From contig JAJZWL010000003.1 in assembly GCA_021846685.1 (NCBI GenBank), forward strand, positions 17,700 to 81,699: a stretch of 64,000 nucleotides of DNA, in the 5' to 3' direction. The notes beneath the pieces were generated by a model, which saw only the letters and a program-made list of their open reading frames with translations, made no database searches and was not told where the DNA came from. This DNA comes from a bacterium (GTDB lineage Bacteria; Patescibacteriota; Dojkabacteria; JAKAPS01; JAJZLI01). Below are positions 49,789 through 59,666 of the stretch, piece after piece. Every line of letters starts with the position of its first letter. Position 1 is the stretch's first letter. The translations under genes and the position numbers were made by a program.

Positions 49789-50337
49789 ATGTCAAATTTA
49801 AATTCTAGTCAATTAAGGAGTGGAACTGTATTTAAAGACGGTAAAGACAATTTGTTGGTATTGAAATATGAGCATGTAACTCAAGGTCGAGGTGGTACAA
49901 CAATTAAATTAAAAGTTAAAAATATACTAACAGGGTCTATTATTGAAAAAGGTTATAATGTAAATGATAAATTTGAAAGTGTAGATGTAAATAAATCATC
50001 AGCTCAATTTCTTTATTCTGATGGAGGAGTATGTTATTTTATGGATTCTACATCTTTTAATCAATTTGAATTCAACATAGAAAATAAATATCTATCACCT
50101 GGAGAAAAAATTATAGTAACTTATTTAGAAGATAAGCCAATAGATATAGAGATTCCTAATATAGTAAGCTTAAAGGTGGAATATACAGAGTCCTCAAGTA
50201 AGGGTAATACAGTAAATAATGCATTAAAAACAGCAAAACTTGAAACTGGAATGGAAATTAAAGTTCCAATGTTCATTAATATAGGGGATAATATAAAAAT
50301 AAATACTCAGAATGAAGAATATGTCGGAAGAGCTTAA
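49789..50337 (+). CDS. efp: Elongation factor P
   Basis: LRSG, QGRGG loop, YSDG and K.AKLETG..I.VPMFI..GD motifs. The true start is the ATG at 49789. Confidence 0.93.
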   Translation: MSNLNSSQLRSGTVFKDGKDNLLVLKYEHVTQGRGGTTIKLKVKNILTGSIIEKGYNVNDKFESVDVNKSSAQFLYSDGGVCYFMDSTSFNQFEFNIENKYLSPGEKIIVTYLEDKPIDIEIPNIVSLKVEYTESSSKGNTVNNALKTAKLETGMEIKVPMFINIGDNIKINTQNEEYVGRA

Positions 50338-51607
50338 TATAAAAACAAGTGTATTAGAAAATGATATTAGGTTAATAACTTCTAATGTTAAAGATTCTCA
50401 ATTTGTATCGATTAATATATTTGTGGATGCTGGAAATAGAGATGAAGAGAAAAATGAGCAAGGAATTGCTCATTTTTTAGAGCATATAATGTTTTCTGGC
50501 ACAAAAAAAAGAAAGGATAATAAAGAGATTAGTTTTGAAGTAGAAACTATTGGTGGTTATTTTAATGCAGTAACATCGGATGAATATACCATTTATTATG
50601 TTAAAGTGCCTTATGAAAATTTTCTTAAAGCTTTAGATATAATTTCAGATATGTTTTTAAATTCTACTTTTGACCCAGATTTTATTAATTTAGAAAAAGG
50701 TATAGTGAAACAAGAGTTGAATATGTATAAAGATAATCCTAGAAGAACTGTTTATGATAATTTTACTAAATTGTTATATAAAGGCTCTAGTTTATCTGGA
50801 GATATAGATAAACAGATAAAATTATTAGATACGATAAATAGAGAAAAAATTCTTAACTTTATATCCAAATATTATTTAAATAAAAATACAATTATTTCTA
50901 TTGTAGGGAATATTTCAAATTATGATGTTGAAAAAGAAGTTTCAAATATCTTTATGTCAAAAAAATCAATAGAACCTACATATCAACGGAGTAAGGCTGT
51001 ATTTAATGAAAATGAAAACAAAGTAATTCATGTAAAAAAAGATATTAATCAAAGTAATTTTATATTAGGAGCAAAGGGTTTCTCATTACACACAGAATAT
51101 TACTATCCTCTAGTCTTAATGTCTACAATTCTGGGAGGAGGAGAAGGGTCTCATTTATTTCAATTTTTGCGAAATAAATTAGGTGTAGCTTATTATGCCT
51201 CTTCTTATAATTCTTTATACTCTGATACAGGATACTTTATTATATCTGCTGGTGTTGAAAACAATAGTTTTTTAAAGTCATTACATTCTTTAATTCAATT
51301 TTTAAATGAATTTAAAAATGGTAATTTTAACAAAGAAGATATTGATAGAGCAAAAGGGTATGTTCTTGGTGGTATATTATCTCAATTAGAAACCGTAGAT
51401 AGTATTGCAGATTTTATATTAACTGATTATGCATATTTAGGAAAAGTAAGGAATATAGAAGAGATGAGAGAGAATATAATGTCTGTGAAGAAAAATGATA
51501 TACTGGATGTATTTAATTTAATTTATAAAGATCTATACTTATCAGCAATAACTTCTGTTAAATATGATGATAATGAATATGATAATATATTAAGAAATGT
51601 ACGTTAG
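50321..51607 (+). CDS. M16-family (pitrilysin-like) zinc peptidase
   Basis: GIAHFLEH inverted zinc motif, NA.T and LRNKLG.AY. Confidence 0.92.
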   Translation: MSEELNIKTSVLENDIRLITSNVKDSQFVSINIFVDAGNRDEEKNEQGIAHFLEHIMFSGTKKRKDNKEISFEVETIGGYFNAVTSDEYTIYYVKVPYENFLKALDIISDMFLNSTFDPDFINLEKGIVKQELNMYKDNPRRTVYDNFTKLLYKGSSLSGDIDKQIKLLDTINREKILNFISKYYLNKNTIISIVGNISNYDVEKEVSNIFMSKKSIEPTYQRSKAVFNENENKVIHVKKDINQSNFILGAKGFSLHTEYYYPLVLMSTILGGGEGSHLFQFLRNKLGVAYYASSYNSLYSDTGYFIISAGVENNSFLKSLHSLIQFLNEFKNGNFNKEDIDRAKGYVLGGILSQLETVDSIADFILTDYAYLGKVRNIEEMRENIMSVKKNDILDVFNLIYKDLYLSAITSVKYDDNEYDNILRNVR

Positions 51608-52163
51608 TATAATTGTAAATTTAATTGTTTTTTTTATTGCATCTTTTACACTCTGGATATTTTTTGTAAAAAAAAGAATATTTTCGAATAATGATTTTTG
51701 GGATTTCATATTATTATTATTATTATTTTCTCTTATTGGATACCATTTTCTTTTGTATTTAGGAGTGTTAATAGCAAATTTTATAGCTACTTTAATCTTT
51801 TTTAAATTAAAAACTTATCTTTACAACGATATTTTTGATTTTTTTGCCATATTTACAGCTATTATATTTATCCCTAATTTTATTTTCTTAGGCTATATAT
51901 ATTTATTAATATTAGTCTTAGTTATAGTGTTAATATTATTTTTAAGATATATTAATGTAAATTATGGTGTAAGTATTTTTTTATTTGTTTATTCAATATT
52001 ATACTTTAAGAATAAGAGTTTATGGGCATTTTCTCATAATTATATATATAATTTAGATTTAGATGCCATAATTTTTTTAATCTCTTTTCTTTTTATATTT
52101 TTGAATATATTTTTTAAAGCTAATAAAAATACATATAAGAATATTTTGAAAAGAAAAGTTTAG
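51597..52163 (+). CDS. Polytopic membrane protein of unknown function (possibly a degenerate Lgt-like protein)
   Basis: Highly hydrophobic 188 aa with no diagnostic motif. The Lgt guess rests only on neighbourhood. Confidence 0.5.
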   Translation: MYVSIIVNLIVFFIASFTLWIFFVKKRIFSNNDFWDFILLLLLFSLIGYHFLLYLGVLIANFIATLIFFKLKTYLYNDIFDFFAIFTAIIFIPNFIFLGYIYLLILVLVIVLILFLRYINVNYGVSIFLFVYSILYFKNKSLWAFSHNYIYNLDLDAIIFLISFLFIFLNIFFKANKNTYKNILKRKV

Positions 52164-52405
52164 ACTGTAGTATTTAGTGAGAATTAATAAGCATATTAAT
52201 AAACTCAAAGAGTATACTGTTTCAAAGTATAAGATAACATAATTTGTTTCTCGAAGATTTTGTTAGAATTTAAGTGTGAGCTAATAATTTATTAGAATTT
52301 AATGAAGTGGAATATATATAATGTACCATACAACTCCACATATCTTTTTATTTTCCTATATTGTGTTATAATAGAGGTCCAAAAATTTTTTTTTTTAATA
52401 TAAAT

Positions 52406-52744
52406 ATGAATATAGATGAGACAAAAAAACAATTAGAAGAGATGAAGTTAAAAGTCCAGAGAGAGATTGCTAATGTAGATAGATCAGTCCAATCTATTCC
52501 TGATTCAGAAATTGCAGAAGAATTTGAGGGTGCAGATATAATGAATGGCAAAATAGATAATTTCAGAATAAAAGATAGTTTAATAGAAGAATTGGGTGAT
52601 ATAGATATAGCTTTGTCTAAAATAAAGAAAAATAAGTATGGCATTTGTGAGAATTGCAAAAATCCCATTGAAGACAAAAGATTAGGGATGTATCCTTTTG
52701 CAAGATACTGTATGAAATGTATGATACAATTTGATAATGATTAA
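52406..52744 (+). CDS. TraR/DksA C4-type zinc finger protein
   Basis: Coiled coil, then AL.KI....YGICENC...I...RL...P.ARYCMKC. Confidence 0.88.
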   Translation: MNIDETKKQLEEMKLKVQREIANVDRSVQSIPDSEIAEEFEGADIMNGKIDNFRIKDSLIEELGDIDIALSKIKKNKYGICENCKNPIEDKRLGMYPFARYCMKCMIQFDND

Positions 52745-53681
52745 CAATGAGGAAATTTTTGAAATTACATCTAATTATAGTACAAGACTAGATATATTAT
52801 TATCTGACTCTCAGAACCTTTCCAGAAATCATTTTAGAAAATTAATTAAAGATGGTTTTGTTACTGTGAATGATAATTTAGTCAGGAAGACTAAATTCAA
52901 AGTTAATATAGGCGATAAGATTAAGTATAGAGAATTTAAATATGTAAAAGATTTATCAGATATTGTTCCTCAACGAATTAAAATCAATATTATATATGAG
53001 GATGAAAACATTATAGTTGTAAATAAGCCTGAAGGATTGGTAGTACATCCAGCAGCCGGGAATCAAAGGAATACACTTTTAAATGGAATTATATTTAAAT
53101 TAAAATTTGAACATATATTGAATGAAAGACCCGGTGTTGTTCATAGATTAGATAAAAAAACCTCTGGTGTAATCATTTTTGCTAAGAATGAATATACATT
53201 AAATTTTTTGATTAATCAGTTTAAATCCAGAGAAGTAGAAAAGAAATATTTGGTTTTAGTAAAAGGTATTGTAAATCCAAATGCATCTAATATAAGTAAA
53301 GTTGATAATAAAAATTTTTATATTAAGGGTAATATTAAAAGAAGTAAATATAATAGAAAACTATTTACTCTGTCAGATACAGGAAAAGAGGCTATTACTT
53401 ATTTTAAAATCATAAAATATATTAATAAGGAATTTACATTACTTGAAGCTTATCCTAAAACAGGGAGAACACATCAAATAAGGGTTTCTCTATCTAGTAT
53501 AAATCATCCTGTAGTAGGGGATGATGCATATTCTAGAAATTCTATATCCTATCCTCATATGTTTTTACATTCATATTCTTTAAAGATAAATATACCTGAT
53601 AAGGGAGAACAGGAATTTAAGGCTAATTTACCTAATTTTTGGAAAAATATCCCTGGGGTATATCCTTTGTATAAAGTATAA
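52737..53681 (+). CDS. rluD: RluA/RluD-family pseudouridine synthase
   Basis: S4 domain; NKPEGLVVHP, HRLDKKTSG and TGRTHQIR motifs. Confidence 0.9.
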   Translation: MINNEEIFEITSNYSTRLDILLSDSQNLSRNHFRKLIKDGFVTVNDNLVRKTKFKVNIGDKIKYREFKYVKDLSDIVPQRIKINIIYEDENIIVVNKPEGLVVHPAAGNQRNTLLNGIIFKLKFEHILNERPGVVHRLDKKTSGVIIFAKNEYTLNFLINQFKSREVEKKYLVLVKGIVNPNASNISKVDNKNFYIKGNIKRSKYNRKLFTLSDTGKEAITYFKIIKYINKEFTLLEAYPKTGRTHQIRVSLSSINHPVVGDDAYSRNSISYPHMFLHSYSLKINIPDKGEQEFKANLPNFWKNIPGVYPLYKV

Positions 53682-53685
53682 AGTA

Positions 53686-53985
53686 ATGTCTGAAAAATTT
53701 ATTAAGATCAATGAAAGTTTTAAGTGCTTATACTGTGGGCTTTTTAATGAAAAAGATAAACACGGGTCATGTAGGAATCATTGTTATTATTGTTTATACT
53801 CACTACATGTAGATATATATCCTGGAGATAGAAAAGAGAGCTGTAATGGATTAATGAAACCTATAGATATAAAAACAATTGGTGGTAAAAATATAATATA
53901 CCATAAATGCTTGAATTGTAATAAAATAAATAAAAATAAATCATTACCTGATGATAACTTAATAAATTTTTATGAACTATATTAA
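53686..53985 (+). CDS. RNHCP-domain zinc-binding protein
   Basis: F.C..CG, CRNHCYYCLYSLHVD..PGDR...C.GLM.P pattern. Confidence 0.85.
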   Translation: MSEKFIKINESFKCLYCGLFNEKDKHGSCRNHCYYCLYSLHVDIYPGDRKESCNGLMKPIDIKTIGGKNIIYHKCLNCNKINKNKSLPDDNLINFYELY

Positions 53986-55144
53986 AAGAAAAGACAAAAT
54001 AAATAAAAAAATCTTGGTATTAATTATTTTTATTGTAATTGTTGGAATATATGTTTTTAGTTCTAGTTTATTAGCTTTTAATAATATAAAATTTCAAAAT
54101 GATCCTGGTTATAAAGGTTCTTATAAAAATTGGAATAATTTAAATACAATTAATATATTGGTTTTATACAACAATAATGTTTATGGTAATAATTTAAATA
54201 CATATAATGCTATATTATCCATTGATCCAAAGGGTACAGTATCTGTTCTAAATATACCTTCAAACCTAAACATCTTAACGGCCCCTAATTCTTATCAGAC
54301 ATTAAATACTGTATATGCGGTTGGAAACTTGAATTCACCTCAAACAGGGGTAAATCTGGCCTTAAAATACTTAAGATATAACCTTGCTATCCCAATAGAA
54401 GGATATATTTCTTTTAACTCTCATAGCATAGATGTATTAAAAGGTGGAATATCTATAGATTCTTTATATAGTTTCAAATATGGGAAGGTGGTTGTGAATA
54501 CAGGATATAATACACTAAGTTTATCTTCTATAAAAACTATATTAGGTATTACTAAGGATACTCAGACAAGTTTATATTTAAAAAATACAATATTTGATAG
54601 TATAATGTCTAAATATTTAAATCCTTTATCTATTATCGATTTTAGTAAAACATCATCAGGTTTGAAAAGTATTTTTTATTCTAATATTAATAAAGGTTCT
54701 TTGAATAATGTTTTATATAATATGTATAAAGTAGGTATAAATAATTTTAAGTCATATTATGTTCCAATTAATGAATCTAATACAAATATTAATCTTAAGA
54801 ATGTTGATTATTACATAAGAAATAACTTTTTAGATTATTCTTTTTCAAATAGTTCTGTATTAGTACAGATCTTAGATGCATCTAATAGTAATACAGCTGT
54901 ATATCAATTTAGTAGATATATTGATAATTTAGGAGGGAATATATCGTCAGTGGGTATTTATAATGGTAATCAAAAGAAGGATTTAATATATGTAAGTAAT
55001 ATTAAAAAATATGCATATGATGTTTCTGTTATTAAAAAGATTTTAGGAGATAATAATGTTAAAATAATTGATAGAACCCCTAGTTTTTTTTATACTGGGT
55101 CAATAATCGTTGTTTTAGGTACAGATGATACTTATATTTATTAA
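53972..55144 (+). CDS. LCP (LytR-CpsA-Psr)-like protein with a LytR C-terminal domain, degenerate
   Basis: TM, NILVL, LNIP, LN.VY..G and GGISI motifs; C-terminal VQILDAS...IIVVLGTD. Confidence 0.65.
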   Translation: MNYIKRKDKINKKILVLIIFIVIVGIYVFSSSLLAFNNIKFQNDPGYKGSYKNWNNLNTINILVLYNNNVYGNNLNTYNAILSIDPKGTVSVLNIPSNLNILTAPNSYQTLNTVYAVGNLNSPQTGVNLALKYLRYNLAIPIEGYISFNSHSIDVLKGGISIDSLYSFKYGKVVVNTGYNTLSLSSIKTILGITKDTQTSLYLKNTIFDSIMSKYLNPLSIIDFSKTSSGLKSIFYSNINKGSLNNVLYNMYKVGINNFKSYYVPINESNTNINLKNVDYYIRNNFLDYSFSNSSVLVQILDASNSNTAVYQFSRYIDNLGGNISSVGIYNGNQKKDLIYVSNIKKYAYDVSVIKKILGDNNVKIIDRTPSFFYTGSIIVVLGTDDTYIY

Positions 55145-55152
55145 ATAAAGAT

Positions 55153-55929
55153 ATGTCAGGACACTCTAAGTGGTCTACAATTAAAAGGTCAAAGGAAGCA
55201 AATGATAAACAAAGAGCTAAATACTTTACAAAAAGCTTAAATCAAATAGTTATGGCAGTAAGGTATGGTGAAGATAATATCGAGAGTAATCATTTATTAA
55301 AGACTGCAATAGAAAATGCCAAATCTTTAAATATTCCAACAAAATCAATAGAGAATGCGATAAGAAAGGGAAGTGGAAAAGATAAAGAATATTCTAATTT
55401 TGAAAATGTGTTTTATGAAGCTTATGGACCTGGAAACGTCTCTATATTAATTGAATGTTTTACAGATAACAAAAATAGAATAGTATCTGAAATAAGATTA
55501 GTTCTAGAAAGGAATGAAGGAAAAATACTTAATAATGGTACTGTTAATTGGCAATTTGAATTACAAGTACTTTTTATATTAAAAATAGAAACTGATTCTA
55601 GCAAGAAAAATAAAGTAAATTATCAATCTATTAATAATTTTTCAAAAATAATAAATAAAGATGAATTCGAAGGTGATATATTGGATATGGATGGTATTCT
55701 TGATTATGAAATTAAAGAAGATGCTTTTTTCTTATATATAGATCCTGAAAAGGTGAAGTATTTAAAGGATTTGTTAGAAAGTAAGAAAATATTAATTGAT
55801 AGTATTGAAAAAATATATGTTCCTAAAATGAAAATGGATGTGTCAGATGAAAATATTAGTAAAAATAATAAATTAATTGATTTGCTGAGTAATATCGATA
55901 ATGTAGAGAATGTTTATGGTAATATATAG
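55153..55929 (+). CDS. yebC: YebC/PmpR-family protein
   Basis: MSGHSKWSTIK, YEAYGPG and TDNKNR motifs. Confidence 0.95.
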   Translation: MSGHSKWSTIKRSKEANDKQRAKYFTKSLNQIVMAVRYGEDNIESNHLLKTAIENAKSLNIPTKSIENAIRKGSGKDKEYSNFENVFYEAYGPGNVSILIECFTDNKNRIVSEIRLVLERNEGKILNNGTVNWQFELQVLFILKIETDSSKKNKVNYQSINNFSKIINKDEFEGDILDMDGILDYEIKEDAFFLYIDPEKVKYLKDLLESKKILIDSIEKIYVPKMKMDVSDENISKNNKLIDLLSNIDNVENVYGNI

Positions 55930-55931
55930 AT

Positions 55932-56426
55932 ATGTCTAAAAAAATATTAGGAGTAGATCCGGGGTTTGCTATATTAGGTTGGGGATTCATCGAGGGAGTC
56001 GGTATATCCAACGTTAATACAGTAGAGTGGGGTGCTATAACTACAAGTTCAAAAGAAAAAATAGAGGACAGATTACTTTTAATATATAAAGAATTATCAA
56101 ATATAGTATCATTATTCAAACCTGATGAAATAGCATTAGAAAAATTATTTTTTAATACAAATTCAAAAACTGTTATATCTGTTGGTCAATCTCAAGGTAT
56201 AGTTTTATTAATTGCAGCATTAAATAAGATTCCTATTTATCAATATACTCCACTACAAGTGAAAAATTCACTAACGGGTTATGGTGTGGCTAATAAAAAA
56301 CAAATACAAAATATGTTAAAATTAGTACTAAAGCTAGATGATATTCCAAAACCAGATGATGCTGCAGATGGAATAGCATTAGCATTATGTCATTTACAAA
56401 CAAATATTTATGATAGGATATCTTAA
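55932..56426 (+). CDS. ruvC: Holliday junction resolvase RuvC
   Basis: LGVDPG, E.LFF, YTPLQVK and DDAAD motifs. Confidence 0.96.
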   Translation: MSKKILGVDPGFAILGWGFIEGVGISNVNTVEWGAITTSSKEKIEDRLLLIYKELSNIVSLFKPDEIALEKLFFNTNSKTVISVGQSQGIVLLIAALNKIPIYQYTPLQVKNSLTGYGVANKKQIQNMLKLVLKLDDIPKPDDAADGIALALCHLQTNIYDRIS

Positions 56427-56988
56427 GGGTTTTATACAATATAGAGGAAAAGGATATATAGTTATTAATGTTAATAATATTGGATATAAAGTTGAAGTCA
56501 CAGAGAAATTGTTAGACCTTTCTTATCAAAGTTCTGAAATTGAACTATATATTTATCCTGAATCTTCAGAAAGAGGATCTAGATTATTTGGATTTTTAGA
56601 TGAAAAAAGTCTTAATATTTTTGAATTATTATTAACTGTAAATGGAATTGGCCCTAAGGGAGCTTTAAATATATTATCTAATAGTAATGTAGATGAGTTA
56701 TCTTCTGCTATTGATAGGGCAGATGTTAAATTTTTATCATCAATTCCTTCTTTGGGGAAAAGAATGGCTGAAAGAATGATTTTAGACTTAAAAGGTAAAA
56801 TTGATTTTTCTGAAAATTATGGAATTTGGAGTTCAGTAAGAAGTGCTTTAGTAAATTTAAACTATTCTAATGTAGAAATAGATTCTATTAGGGAGGAGTT
56901 TAAAGAAAAATATGAAGATATAGATGATACCTCAGAAGCTATAAGGATGTCTATACTACTTTTAAATGATAGTAAAAAATATGAATAA
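56410..56988 (+). CDS. ruvA: Holliday junction branch migration protein RuvA
   Basis: MIGYLKG, IGY.V, LFGF and VNGIGPK motifs. Confidence 0.94.
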   Translation: MIGYLKGFIQYRGKGYIVINVNNIGYKVEVTEKLLDLSYQSSEIELYIYPESSERGSRLFGFLDEKSLNIFELLLTVNGIGPKGALNILSNSNVDELSSAIDRADVKFLSSIPSLGKRMAERMILDLKGKIDFSENYGIWSSVRSALVNLNYSNVEIDSIREEFKEKYEDIDDTSEAIRMSILLLNDSKKYE

Positions 56989-57976
56989 AGATTTAATAAA
57001 GGAAAATGATTTATTTAAAAATATAAGACCAATGACATTTAATGATGTTATTGGACGAAAGAAAGAGAAACAGAATCTTTCAATATTAATTGATGCTGCA
57101 AAATCAAGGGGAGATGTTTTAGATCATATATTATTCTATGGTCCCCCAGGACTGGGTAAAACAACGTTATCTTCTGTTGTTGCAAGTGAAATGGGAGTTA
57201 ATATAAAAATAACTTCTGGTCCTGCATTAACTAGGGCTGCAGATATAGCGTCAATAGTTACTAGATTGTCAAAGGGTGATATCTTATTTATTGATGAAAT
57301 ACATAGATTAAATAAAATAATAGAAGAAAAATTATATTCTGCTATGGAAGATTATGCTTTAGATGTAGTTATAGGCACTGGACCTTCTGCAGATATAGTA
57401 AGGATTGACTTAAATCCATTTACTATAATTGGAGCAACTACTAGGATAGGTTTGATTGCAGCTCCTTTACGAGAAAGATTTGGAGCCATTTTTAGATTGG
57501 ATTACTATACTCAAGAGGATATTGCCGAGATTGTATTTAGAAGCGCAAATATACTTGATGTAAAGCTAGATAATGGTGCTATATTAGAGATTGCTAATAG
57601 AAGTAGAGGTACTGCAAGAATAGCAAATAGATTATTAAAAAGAGTAAGAGATTATGCTCAGGTATATAATATTAGTAATATAAAAAAAGAAGACGCAATT
57701 AAGGCCTTTGAAGCCCAAAGTATAGATAAAATGGGGTTAGATGAACTAGATTTAAAAATCTTAGAAGTTATCGTGATAAATTTTAATGGTGGCCCTGTAG
57801 GTATAAGTACTATTTCTGATTCAGTCTCAGAAGAAGTTGAGACTATTGAAGACGTTTGTGAACCATTTTTAATTCAATCTGGATTTATTAAAAAAACTCC
57901 AAGAGGTCGTGTTGCAACAAAATTTGCATTTGATTATTTACAAATTCCTTACAATGAAGAACTTTCTATTATATAA
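56981..57976 (+). CDS. ruvB: Holliday junction branch migration helicase RuvB
   Basis: GPPGLGKTT, FIDEIHR, GATTR and TPRGR motifs. Confidence 0.97.
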   Translation: MNKDLIKENDLFKNIRPMTFNDVIGRKKEKQNLSILIDAAKSRGDVLDHILFYGPPGLGKTTLSSVVASEMGVNIKITSGPALTRAADIASIVTRLSKGDILFIDEIHRLNKIIEEKLYSAMEDYALDVVIGTGPSADIVRIDLNPFTIIGATTRIGLIAAPLRERFGAIFRLDYYTQEDIAEIVFRSANILDVKLDNGAILEIANRSRGTARIANRLLKRVRDYAQVYNISNIKKEDAIKAFEAQSIDKMGLDELDLKILEVIVINFNGGPVGISTISDSVSEEVETIEDVCEPFLIQSGFIKKTPRGRVATKFAFDYLQIPYNEELSII

Positions 57977-58754
57977 AAATATCAGGATAATTAGTCTTAT
58001 AAGTAGTTTTCTTATAGTGCTATTAACTTTTATTGTACTTATATTTTTTCAACAAAAATCTTTTATTATAGAATTATTATTAATAATAATAGCTTATCTA
58101 GTATCTTTATTAATAATAAATTTTAATTTTAATGTTAAAGAACTCTTCAGCGTATTGATAATGCCAAGTTTAATTGTTTTTTTATTTTTTTCTTTTTTAA
58201 CTTTATATCAATCTTTATATCAAAATATTTATTTAATCATATTTTTAGGACTAGTATATTTTGTTTTTCTTTATGCATCATTTATACATATGAGTATTAT
58301 TAATGTTTTAAAATTTGAAAAAGTTCCATTAGTACGTTTCTCATATACAATTAATTACATAATTATTACAGTATTGGCTTATTTTTCTTTTTTGTATAGT
58401 TTCTTACAAAAAGATATTTTTCTTATATTGTTGTATATAATTATATTTGCCTTTATTATAATTTTTGAAAATTTAATATCATTAGAGTATGAAGTAAAAG
58501 ATAGGGTGCTGTATGTTTGTATTGGAATTGTAATATTTTTGATATTAGGTATTTTCTTCCTTTTTTATCCTATATCCATATTTATTGCAGCATTGTCATT
58601 ATCTCTTGTAATGTATATATATAATGGAATATTATTGCACAACAGAATAAGTAGAATGGGTGTATTTAATTATTTTGAATACTTTATATTTTCCTTAATA
58701 ATCATCATATCCTTGATATATATTCCGTCGTGGGGGATTGCTGGCCATCTATAG
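57954..58754 (+). CDS. Polytopic membrane protein of unknown function
   Basis: About 9 hydrophobic segments; overlaps the ruvB stop. Confidence 0.6.
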   Translation: MKNFLLYKNIRIISLISSFLIVLLTFIVLIFFQQKSFIIELLLIIIAYLVSLLIINFNFNVKELFSVLIMPSLIVFLFFSFLTLYQSLYQNIYLIIFLGLVYFVFLYASFIHMSIINVLKFEKVPLVRFSYTINYIIITVLAYFSFLYSFLQKDIFLILLYIIIFAFIIIFENLISLEYEVKDRVLYVCIGIVIFLILGIFFLFYPISIFIAALSLSLVMYIYNGILLHNRISRMGVFNYFEYFIFSLIIIISLIYIPSWGIAGHL

Positions 58755-58980
58755 ATACAGGAATCATAAATTAGTTATTATTGCAATTAGTACATATAAA
58801 TAATCCGATTTTTTACAGTTTAAAATAATTATATTACAGATAGATAATCTACAAGTCGTCCTAAATGTATTGGTACAAAGCCAAAAGTAGGGGAATACAC
58901 ACATAGGTAACCCTATAGTAATATAATAATGATCAATAATATAACGGGGGATTTATGACTTATAGTATTTTTTAAAGTGG

Positions 58981-58989
58981 TGTGGATAA
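58981..58989 (-). promoter_or_regulatory. Single perfect DnaA box
   Basis: TGTGGATAA is the reverse complement of TTATCCACA, in intergenic DNA. Confidence 0.5.
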
Positions 58990-59159
58990 GTCGGCAATAT
59001 ATATAAATATTGTGCTAAGTATAGTCTATTTATGTTCAGTGGTATTAGTATTAGAAATAAAAAACAAAATATATTTTTTAAATAGGTTTGTATATTATAG
59101 AGAGTATTGTATATGAGAAGAGAAGTCCCTATTCTTTTAAATTGAGATATCTAGTCGCC

Positions 59160-59205
59160 ATTTATATAACTGAGTATAATCACCCTTATACTCAGTTATA
59201 TAAAT
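59160..59205. other. Perfect 20-6-20 inverted repeat; candidate dif-like tyrosine-recombinase site
   Basis: ATTTATATAACTGAGTATAA-TCACCC-TTATACTCAGTTATATAAAT. The inner ATAA-N6-TTAT matches the dif core, and a Xer gene lies 1.4 kb downstream. Confidence 0.7.
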
Positions 59206-59666
59206 TTATCCTTTCAAATTCACTCCCCTTCTATACCCCTCTATTTTGAACGTTTTGCACCTTAGATATATCAATATACCTTTTTCTCTTAAATTAGACT
59301 AACTTATTTTAATTATTTATTTAATTAAAGATATGTATTTATTCTCTTCTAAGTTTATGTAACTTTTTTTTAATTTACCAATATTATTATTCTTTTTAAT
59401 AAATTAAGGAAAAATATATTTTATAATATCAATATAGCTTTAAACTAGGAAAATATAGTAATATGATGGAATTTATTATTTCCTTAAATATATAATTTAA
59501 CCTCTTAATATAAAAGACTACTCCCCTGCTAGTGTCCCGGAGAAGAGGATCTATATTCTATTTATGTTGTTATGAAAGTATAAATGAGTCCTTTTTATGA
59601 TATTAATAGTATTTTAATACTTTGGAGTATATAATATTAATATTATTTTATATAAGGTTATATTGT

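Noticed and set aside
52164-52405. 240-bp gap with a TTAGAATTTAA duplicate and a small GTGGA/TCCAC stem
   Set aside because: These short AT-rich matches are expected by chance, and no ORF or RNA motif was recognisable.
2867-56119. Short ORFs antisense to or nested in housekeeping genes (e.g. 2867, 9120, 11648, 12849, 19972, 20431, 24064, 26969, 32346, 39607, 41602, 44533, 47010, 48969, 52366, 55422, 55856)
   Set aside because: They overlap well-supported genes and have no motifs, as expected for shadow frames.
59160-59205. Palindrome as an intrinsic terminator or CRISPR repeat
   Set aside because: It is AT-rich, has no clear U-tract, lies about 400 bp from the nearest stop codon and occurs once, with no spacer array or cas genes.
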